From Pocillopora damicornis (lineage: Eukaryota), in contig NW_020846747.1 in the NCBI RefSeq assembly GCF_003704095.1, forward strand, positions 372,001-436,000: a DNA stretch of 64,000 bases, read 5' to 3'. Shown one piece after another: positions 51,201-60,916 of this stretch (within the stretch, counting starts at the first letter, position 1; every line of letters starts with the position of its first letter). Made by a program: the position numbers and the translations under genes. The notes beneath the pieces are model-generated. The model saw only the letters and a list, made by a program, of their open reading frames with translations, did not search any database and was not told the origin of the DNA.

Positions 51201-52375
51201 ATGTCCTTCCTTGGGTCTGCTGTTTATCAACTGCTCATTTCCATCTTCTTTACCAGAAGAATACGATTTGCTTAGTTTATCAGTGCCCTTAACAGAATTT
51301 GCGAATGAAACCGATTTAGGAGAATGCTCTTTCTTGAATGTACTTCCTGGAACAACCTTCTGCTTTTCCCTCCTAATCAGGGCATCCCTTGATCGTTGCA
51401 TAAATTTATTTGCAAGTATTTCCTGAGAACTGGAACCTCCTGAATAGCTTCCATTCGATGGGTAACTCCTCTTAAGTCTTTCCAAATAGCTGGCATTTTC
51501 ACTTTTATCAACGCCACCATGACCATTTCGCCCTGTTTTGTGCACAGAAACCTCGGATGGAACAACAAGAATGTCTGGGTGGCCTTTCATTGAAGCTTTA
51601 CTCGACAAACTTGAAGAATTGGGGTTAGTAACATGTGCATCCTGGCCTCTATTCTGTTGAAGCCCTTCAAATCTAGTCTCTCTTCTGTGTTTACTATTAA
51701 GCATCAAGTCAGAATGTCTGTAAAATAAACTTCCATCAAATGCTTTGGTTGAGGTGATCACATCCTGAACACCACTTGTGGTACTGATTCCACTTGCTGT
51801 ACTCTCTGAAGTTTGATTACCGTTCTGAGGCGCAGTCTCTTGTGACAGTAGTTGATTTACTGAGTCTTCCATTGCCAAGCTGAATGGATTGCCAACCTCA
51901 GTGTCTAGCAATGTGTGCACTCGATGAGCTGAAGAAGTGCAAACAAAAAGAAGGCATTGTAACACGTAGCAGAGCAAGTCTTCACCGAACCCAAGAGGGT
52001 CAGCCACCAGTGACAGACACTATTCCTGTCTCTGTACCATCAAGCTACCAAGAGTATTGCTACATTGGCCCCTGCATTTTGTCAGGCTTCCAAGAAAGAT
52101 CACTGCTTAGCATTTTATCATCCAACTGCGCTAAGTAGGGTATAAAAAACGCGCGAATCGAGTACAAATATCCTGCGTTATTTTGTACTGTAAAAATAAA
52201 CTGTTTCACCGGTCGGCTGCGGGTTTTGCTTCTCTATCTGCTTCGCTTTACCCACTTTTTAAGAAATGCTCATGAAATAAAGTAATTGGATAATAAATAA
52301 CTTAGTACATGTTTTGGTGTGTAGCATCGCTGACTATTAAGTTTTTACTCAGTGTATTTTGACGTGCCCTATGGA

Positions 52376-52411
<36 letters not shown>

Positions 52412-55400
52412 GTGATACTACGCACCAAAGCGTCTAAAAATATAAACATATTCCAGGTAAAGAGAGAATTATGATAGTAGAGTGTCTTGCCCACAAGCAC
52501 GACACAATGACACTGGTTTTCTCACTGGACTGAATCAAACTGTCGAAGCTCAAGAACTGGTTGGGATCACTTTGTTGTCTTCTTGAGCAAGACACTTACA
52601 GGTCTGTTATTAAAAAAATGTAATAGAAGTATGAGCTGAAATGAATAATGCTTCAGTAGCCATCAAGGCTAGTTGCAAAGCAAATGTCCTTCTAGGAGGG
52701 AAGGGTCTAAGGGGCATGCTCCTCCATAAAATTTTTAAATTTGAAACTCATTGAGTTAGATGATTTTCAGCATTCTTGGACATCTGAGTTGCACTGAGTA
52801 ACAGCTTACTTGACTCTTCAAACAACCAGGGCCAAGAAAAGCTGCGGCAGTTAAAGTGGCTACCTACGCAAGGCTGATAGCACTTAATGTGCCTCTGTTA
52901 ACTATTGTGCATGATTTAACAATTTTATAGCAATGTACCTTTTGCAGTAGCATGGTAAGGAGGTCTGGACACCATGTGAGAAGGTATCATGTGTTCTGAA
53001 GGATGAACTGACCTATGGAAAGAGTCCTGAAAAGCAACACCACAAACTGTAACAATAGTATTAGAGTACTGTATTTTAAACAAGAAATTGGAATGAAATG
53101 AGAGCAAAACAACACAAGCAACACATGACTGTACAAACCTCACTAACCTTTAAAGTATCTGGCAAATCATAAAAAGAGAAATCAGACCATTCTTCATCTG
53201 AGCTCTCTTTGCTGGATTGATATGGGCACTTCTCATCAGTTATTGGAAGATCCTGTATTGAGGCTTTGTGGCAATGCTCATGAGGGAAATCATGAGCTGC
53301 TGTCGAAATGAGATAGGTGATTATTTTGTATAATAAGCTCAATGATGCTCCCATTTTGATTGGTTCTTACAAGTATGATCTATTGATGGACAGATGCATA
53401 GGTGACATCATCATTGACAATATTTTTGCTTCCTTATTGTATAAAACAAAAAGATTATATGTTGCTGTGGTTTTGTATGGTCTGTGATAGATCACAGAAG
53501 ATATCAAAATGTGTTGAGAGCATCAGTGACCACTTTTTTGTTCTTGCCACATTTTGACATCACCTGTAATCTGAACAGACATGTCATGTCAAAGAGTCTA
53601 TCTGTAAAATAGAGCAAAATGTCACCTGCCGGAAACATCTATAGAGCAGTTATCATTATAACAGCAGCAACATATAACAATTTAGAAGAAGAGCAATCTG
53701 CCATTATGATAATATTTGAAAATAGTGCACCTATGCACTCAGAAACTAAACTGAGTTGGCTCACAGGCCATTGGCTGGTTTATATGCCTGTATGTTGGAA
53801 AACTCCCAGATGATTGGCTGACTGTCCCAGATTTTGTTAATACTTATTTATCAGGAGGTCCCTAGACATTGTAACCGGTTTTTTCCAATATTGACTTTAA
53901 CTTTTGACTCAAGGATTAACTGGAGCTAAAATCATATCCGATGTCCCTGACAGTGAAACTTGATGTTTCTATATACAAGTATGGTGAATGATTGCTGATC
54001 ATCACAGAACTCTAGGTTCCTCAGGAAAATAGAGACATTCCAGATTTCCCTGTTGAGTTTTCATTAGTAGGAAAAATCTGAGATGGTCAGGAAACAGTAA
54101 AATCCTCAATTTTCCTCTATGAAAACCAGCCTGAAAAGTCAGTGCATACATGCCCACAATGTACATGTGCAAGATGCCAGGTTTTGTTTGAGAGTTGCAC
54201 TTTGATGATTTTGCTGTGCAAGTTTCAACATTTTTGAAGTGTTTTTTTCTGTCTTTGTAGGTGTCTGTTGTAAATGTTCACAAAATGCAAAATACATCCA
54301 TCATGAATTGCATTCATACCTCTCTTTCTAAGGAAATCCAGTTTAGTGTCTTTAGAGCCATTCTGCAGGAAAAAAAAACATCTTAAATAACTTAATGAAG
54401 CAATGAGATTATGATTGTTTTAACCCTTTAACTCCCATGAGTGACCAAGACAGAATTTCTCTTTACAGTATTATTATACAATATCAACCAGATAAGTGAT
54501 GAGAACAAAGAAAAATATCAATTTGGGGATAATTAGTTGATCTAATACTAAATTCTCTGAACTAACATTATAAGAATTGTATGGTTGATAACAAGGAGAA
54601 TTAAGAATTTTTTCTGGGAGTTAAAGGGTTGAGAGATCATATTTTCCTCAATAAACAGAGAGGTAGAGACTATATCATTACACATAAGAAGGTTGAAACA
54701 CAACATCTACCACTTTTGTACATCACAGAAAATATTTCAAGTTCTTAGTTACATGAATCAACTGAAGTAAACTACAGCTGTATGTAAATTTTAGAGTAGC
54801 CCAGAATCATTAAAGATTTCATGTCTTTATTTACTTACTGTAATACACTTTTATGCTAGCATTCAAAAGCATGCAACCAACAGACTGATACTAGAGTTTT
54901 ACTCCAAAATACAGGAACAAACAAACACATACATCATCCATTCACATTCAACCACAGGCTGTTTTAAAGGACATCAAAAACACAAAAACACTATCGACAT
55001 TTGCGTCATGGTTGTAACATCTACAAATATCACGTCATGCATAAAAACACTATCGACATTTGCGTCATGGTTGTAACATCTACAATTATCACGTCATGCA
55101 TAAGAAAAGAGTACAAACCAGACAGTGTTGACAACTTGTTGCCCAGGATACAAATACACATATCAAACAAGATAACTGCTAAGTTAATTTAAGCTGATAC
55201 TAGATATGCGAGATTTTTCTGGAAATAAATCTGCCTTTGGAAATTTGTTTTACAGGATCAACATCTGTAAATGTTTTTCTAAATTGGTGAATCAAAGTTG
55301 TTGTTGATAACTTAATACAGTGTTATGCTCAAAGAAAACTTTACTTGAAAAATATGCAATGCATGTCAAAATATAACTCAAGGCCAAATTAATATTTCTA

Positions 55401-58117
55401 TGTTTCTCATAACCTGTAGTAAATTCAGTGAAACAAATTTTTTGAATCTCCTTTCGAGCTTATAGGAATAAAAAATTCATTTGGTTTTGAGCTATTGGAA
55501 GGTAACAAAAATCCCTTGGTTCACATGTATCTTGAGAAGGAAACCAGATTTGATCTGCATTATAAGAAGATTTGACAAACCAAGTGTATGCAAAATTACA
55601 AATCTACTGTATTAATCAGTGCTTTTTAAAGTTCACTAGTAATACCTGTGATCCTTAAAATCAAAAATACATTAACACACGTGAATGCAAGTGGATACTA
55701 CTCTACACAAAACAGCTGAGTTCAACACCTTTGCTTCTCTTATAAAAATTGCCATAGATCTTACTGTACTGCATTCTGAACATATAAGTGTACAAAGTCA
55801 TGTAGATTATTCAATCTTAGCAGAGTACAATAATAAGTTAAGCTTCATAATGAAACTGCTTCATGATCAGGAAATTTAAGCTACAAAGTCTTGCCACAAT
55901 ATGGTTCAATAAGTTTCAGTAACACAAATCAGCACGAAGGTTAAGCAGTACATTTGAACATGAAACAAGCTGACAATTTGTAATGTTTTCATAGATTGAG
56001 AGGGCTCCAGAAATAACCCTTAAGTTAAACAGATATACCATGAAATCTTAGAGATGATTTTGAACAACTTCCTAGCCTAACAAGCCACACTAAATGTATA
56101 CAAATTGCCAAACAATAATTGATTTCAGCTGTTCTATTACTGTACAGAGAACAAAGAAACAAACTCACCAAATACTACCATTTTAAAATTAGAAGACCAG
56201 GTCACTTTTTTCTCATGTATAGATATCAATTGCTATTTAAATTATGCAGTGATGGTAAGACTGGTCAAGATAAATGTTATGTTCTCGATTATTTAAGTCA
56301 GAGTGGAAGCCATTGATTACAGTGTTCTAAAACTCATTTGCAACCCAAATTATCAAAGACAAAAAAACCTGATATTGACTCTCCATTAAAAGTTGTGACA
56401 GCTTGATGAAAACTTGTCATATATGAAATAAGACAGAACAGAACACTGTCACGTTTTGTTTCTGCAGTAGGGGTACATTAAGATTTAACTAGACAATGTT
56501 CATTTGTAGGCCTTGAAGAAATTTAGAAATCCTGATAACACATTTTCCTGCGACAAAGTTAAATGAACTGTGAAATAACTGCTATTCAGATAAATTTATC
56601 AATTAAGTAGATGCATTGTGAAACTCTTAGCTGTTGATACATGGGTTTTGTATAAATTAGCACTGTTTGTACTACAAAATTCCTGAATCACCAATCAATA
56701 CAGTATAATGTTTGCTTGGTTACAGCTCACAAAAAAAATCTACTCAAACTATTTGATGAGATAAAGCAGAAGTTTACTGCAATACTCATTGTGGATTGGA
56801 CGATCTAATTTCAAAGATGCTAGAGAACCAAACTCAAACAAAAAACAACAAAAAATTAAAATTGTCCAGCACTATCAGGTCAAAGTGCTGTGTGCAAACT
56901 TTTTTTTTCTAATTTACTTCTTATATTTGATGTCTGATGATGTCAAAGGATAAATCTCTCTACAAATATATGCAGTAATTTCCTTCTGATGAAGACTGAT
57001 AGAATTTTGGGTAGAGAAAATCAAAGAGCAATTACATACAATGTAATCTGCCAATGTTAATTAAAATATTTCTTCCAGTGATCCACCAAAATAACAACCT
57101 TAATGATTTTTTTTAATTAGGAAATCCTGAACATGTACTGTATACAAATGAAATACACTAGTAATATCACAAATTAGCATACTTTTCCTGAGAATTGTAA
57201 AATAACTTCCTGCTAATCCTGTATATATGGAGAAGTAAAAAATGTTATAATCCTAAAAAATTTAACGAGATAATTTAAATTTACGAAATTAAAACAGGAG
57301 GGTGATAGATTTAATAAAACTGTTTCATTTCTGTTTCTATAAATATGTTTTTTATGAGTGTTTAAAGTTTAAATGCTCTTTATTCACGATAAAGAGAATG
57401 TCAAATGCGGATTCTTCTTCGAAAACATTACAATAAAATTACCTTAAAAACTTGATTTTTTTAAAATAACTTTGAACGAATTAACATTGTAAAAATATTT
57501 CATTCGAATCCAAATCAATCAAGCTGAAACAACTTCATACACCAACTACAAACTGCTTTTCACGATAAAATTTACTTCAAAATAATTAAATATGCGGGGC
57601 GATATGTTATAATTACGATTTGGGTGACTGAAGTTTTTTTTTTCATTCGTGCGCCAGCTGGCGGTCAAAATCATGTTAAATGAACTTCTAACAGCGCTCG
57701 AGAAAGCTCAATTAAGAAGGAAGTAAACAAAAATTACCTTCATCGAACGATGAATACTAATTACAGCCATGGAAGCTGGAAAATATCGATGAACGTAACT
57801 TTTGACTACATTTAATCCATGATGCGAGTGATCTATCACTGATCATTTGACTTTCAACTGAAGTTTGTAACCAATTCGAATCCGTGGAAACACCTCTTGA
57901 TGGAAAAAAATTATAAATGATTCATGTCATTAAATTGCATTTAGCGCGACAATTTCAAGACTCATTTTTTAAGAACACCAAATTGATTTGGTGCTCTTAA
58001 CAGAAGAGCGCTGCTACAGCGCTCTTCCTTGCCAAGCAGCTGGTAGAAAAATCATGATCTTACCTTCGATTCGAGTCCTTTCTCTCGTCTTCGATTAGCG
58101 ATAGAGTTGTTGTCCAT
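24244..58117 (-). CDS. Giant Sfi1-repeat (centrin-binding-type, SFI1/C1orf167/CCDC191-like) protein, ~50 exons, ~2400 aa
   Basis: Phase-consistent exons, 5'->3': 58064-58117(?), 54320-54362(?), 53148-53299, 52939-53026, 50515-51928, 49936-50038, 49740-49819, 49147-49366, 48425-48510, 48089-48202, 46905-46991, 46189-46278, 45598-45654, 44862-44996, 44357-44435, 43423-43574, 42986-43120, 42347-42444, 41891-42077, 40880-40984, 40376-40464, 40132-40268, 39833-40008, 39339-39639, 38204-38488, 37360-37644, 36594-36737, [gap], 35982-~36039, 35427-35571, 35240-35330, 34762-34821, 34587-34644, 34224-34368, 33853-33943, 33043-33213, 31873-31914, 31318-31357, 30551-30695, 30128-30218, 29462-29644, 28716-28775, 28366-28423, 27653-27797, 27347-27437, 26602-26784, 26148-26207, 25769-25812, 25186-25321, 24865-24975, 24244-24360. 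Dozens of A-x7-LL-x3-(F/L)-x2-W(K/R)-like motifs (KYFEAWR, RAFAAWR, VFDAWR, QSFHHWK, ECFEDWR, KSFKTWR). The exons 5' of 52 kb are less certain; an internal start MEDSV at 51872 is possible. Confidence 0.85.
26325..26570. mobile_element. CCAAT-rich non-autonomous interspersed element, well preserved; most abundant family in the window
   Basis: Core gccaatcaga..ggagccaatgagaactca..gcgcgggaaaacgcgggtgaccaagtcgtgatt..tttgcatttgattggttgagag..ggaccaatcacag. Other copies at ~27845-28320, ~36885-37100, ~44040-44200, ~44560-44810, ~45220-45460, ~45875-46145 and ~48852-49100, in both orientations. Confidence 0.8.
30860..30970. repeat. Minisatellite (tgtgatXtgtgataagttttg)n; related (CATCACA)n tracts at ~34980-35220 and ~37870-37980
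   Basis: Four ~21-bp units are visible directly and give rise to a spurious CDKFCVI ORF repeat. Confidence 0.8.
31471..31623 (+). mobile_element. Penelope-like/retrozyme-type fragment with partial hammerhead-like core
   Basis: ctgacgaaaggctaacgctc followed by atcagctttagaaactctttacggtgg.caatttacatta...gaacttacccctttattc. Homologous to 15590-15920. Confidence 0.6.
33270..33785. repeat. Degenerate (CAGT/CGGT/CAAT)n simple repeat
   Basis: Runs such as gtcagtcggtcagtcagttagtcattcagtcag. Confidence 0.75.
36036..36191. other. Assembly gap (156 N) inside the Sfi1-repeat gene
   Basis: Run of N. It truncates the exon ending at 35982 and abuts a polypyrimidine tract on the minus strand. Confidence 0.99.
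52300..52440. mobile_element. Short palindromic element
   Basis: tttggtgtgtagcatcgctga...gtattttgacg / cgtcaaaatac...tcagtgatactacgcaccaaa are inverted arms. Confidence 0.65.
54984..55102. repeat. Near-perfect ~58-bp direct tandem duplication
   Basis: aaaaacactatcgacatttgcgtcatggttgtaacatctacaaWtatcacgtcatgcataa occurs twice. Confidence 0.9.
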
Positions 58118-58149
58118 TGAAAAGTAAAGCACTGGCTACGTCAAATATA

Positions 58150-58520
58150 CCACCATCGTGTCCTGTCCTACGCACAAGGAGTAGAAGAAACAACTTCGTG
58201 ATGACGCATTCTAAAGATCTAACTTTCGATACTCTCCCCTATCTGTCTTCGCTTTGCGAAAATTCTAAACCCTGGATAAGAGCTTGAAATCAAAAGGGCG
58301 CAAATTGCAATTCACTCCGCCATTCACGCCAAATGACTTCTTTCCACGAGGATCACAAAAGCCTGAAAAGGTTGTTATTTCAGACACAATGCACTCAGCA
58401 CAGCGTGAAACATGGCGTCCCTTTGTTGGAAAAACAAACGAATGGTGCTGAATTCGAAATAGACAATGGCGGGAAATTGTTGCTATGGTTTCGAACAAAG
58501 AATTTCCTGATGCGGAACAG
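58150..58520 (-). promoter_or_regulatory. CpG-rich promoter region upstream of the Sfi1-repeat gene's candidate first exon, with an X-box-like site
   Basis: GTTGCTATGG at 58479-58488 (RFX X-box strong half-site). YY1-like ATGGCG motifs at ~58411 and ~58465. CpG-rich. Confidence 0.45.
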
Positions 58521-60916
58521 TCTTCACAAAGCCATCAAGATATAAGCAGCTTTTTGCATTTCCTTAAACAGCTTTGCATTAAAAATCTTTGCATATTTTG
58601 TATGAGGTGTAAATGTTTTCCATGTTATTAATAAATGATTAGACATTCCAAATGTTTTCGCCATTTAGTCAGCACGGGCGAACTGGTATAGGACAGAACT
58701 GGTTATTAGTTGAATAAATCAAATACTAGGCCTTTCTTAAGATATACTGGATTCTTAGGTTTTGTTGTTGTTGTTGTTTTTTTAATCGATCAAAAATAAG
58801 GCTGTCTCGAGGAAAAAACGCCGTAAAAGGTTTTTTTCGTTCCTTCTTTGCTGATATCTGATGTAAAATTTTGTTTCATAAGAAAATGAATTGTCGTGGA
58901 CTCGTGGGTGTTTTCGAAAGAGAGAAAGAAAATAGCATTAGCGTGGATTTGAAAAACCAGGTTATGGCAAATCATCGCATGTCTGTATTGACGCCTTAAA
59001 TACTCAGCAGAACTGTAAGGAAATAGACAGGAGTTACAACCGAAATACTTCAAAAGTATCTTGCTCTGAAACCCTAAACTGAGTGGCATGAATTGATGAC
59101 ACATCGAAGCTTGTAATGTCGCTTCCAAGCGCTTAAACGCCCTTTTACATAATTATAAAGAATTTGGCCCAAAAGAGACAATAAATAAATAAATAAAAAA
59201 CTTCAGACAGCAGGTATCTCATACAAATGAGGACAGCGCCAAATCTTGGCACTGGGGCTGTCATCATTAGATACCGTCTGTATAAGGCAATTGTTTTTTT
59301 TATAGCATGTCATAGTTGTCACGTTATCATTGTGGTGTCAAAAAACTGTAGACACAGAGACGCATGCGCTCTCGATAGTTAAAAACTCGAGCGAGGGAAG
59401 GCCGATGTCAAACAAAATGGCCGTAAAAGCACTAATTTGATAAAAAAAAACTTTTTCACGAGGCTAAATTCTAAACTTTTCCCCGTACCGAAAAAAAAAA
59501 ACACGAATTAAAATTCGGAGCCCAAGAGCACTTGAAATTTTCGTATAAATTTACATTTCTCATAATTCAGCTTTTCTCTGATTTGGTTTATATTTTTTGA
59601 AGTATGAACAAGCAAATTAAAGTGGCCATCTTTTGTATGTGATTCAGGAAAAATAGAGGAAATCAAATCCCTAAATTTTATACAACTTGTCATTATTTGT
59701 ATCGGGGAGGGGGGAAGGATTTTGTTTGTGTCACGATAAATATTTGCCCAATCCCCCGATTAGGCTGCCCCCCCCCCCAAATTGGTCTCCTGATCTCGTA
59801 TCAGATCCTACCGTTTTGAATGTAACTTATTATGTAGGATCTAACAATCGCTTAGCTGTGAAAGTCTGGGTACGAGACTAATTATACTAATTAGACTTTA
59901 TACTCTTTTGGCGGCGACTGGTCCCCTCTCCGTTCTCCCTGTTGACCAATTGATTTCCCCCCCCCCCCCCCCCCCCTCCATCCTTCACCTCCCCGCCAGA
60001 ATTTGCAGTTGTTCAGATTAGAATTAACGAACCAAAAAACCAGGTTTTTTCTACATCTGTAAGTAATTATTGAATACAGGCTGAGCTAAATTGCTTACTT
60101 TTAAGAAGACATTTATTAAACATACAAAATAAAATGACTAATTGTATATATATGTCACTGCCATTAGGTGTTTGGTACGTAAATATACAAAAAAGTACAT
60201 ATGTGTTAAGTAACTTTGTTAGGAACCTTTGAAAAATGTATTTAATATTCTTGGAGTACGTAATACAGCTAGTTAACACTTCTACGATCTGGGTAACACC
60301 ACTTAATGCCGATATAATATAGTGAGTATACAATGCGCACTTGACTAAATGAACACTGGGGGAGTTGGTCAAATTTTACAGTACAGTAAGGAGATGGATT
60401 GAGTTTCTATGAATTGGCGTATTTCTGGAAATTGCTATTACCGAGATTTTTTTTTTTTCACTTTTCCACTTTTTCTTTCATAAATTTCAAGTTTTAGTAA
60501 GAGTCACAAGAACCCCAGTATCTCTAAAATCAATAAACGTGAATCAAGGCGAGTCATTGATAAAAAAATTTACAGAATACAGAAAAGCAAACGCAACTCT
60601 AAAATTCAGATCATTCACTAAATGTGAAGTACTACTTTGCCTCATAGAGGGCTGAATACATTCGTGTTGAAAAATTCTACTTTTGCTCATTAAAAGATTT
60701 TCTTTTTCCATCCAACGCAGGAAGGAATCATAAATATTTCAGGTAGTGTGTTTCAAGAAAAGGAGTTTCCGTTAAAATTAATCATAGTTGGTTTCATTTG
60801 ACAGAGTACTTTTAAAAATTGTTCTTATTTTTATAATCTTATCCGTAATCAAAGCAATTGAAAAGAGTTTTTTGAACAGGGAAAATTAAATTCTAATTGA
60901 GTTCATTCTGCGATGT

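Noticed and set aside
51929-52007. Hydrophobic 'signal peptide' start MADPLG...LLFVC of the 498-aa ORF
   Set aside because: GTG start; the segment is the polypyrimidine tract and acceptor of the intron before 51928.
58265-59128. Short ORFs of 70-112 aa between the Sfi1 gene and the P450
   Set aside because: No domain similarity or consistent splice structure; some start at non-ATG codons.
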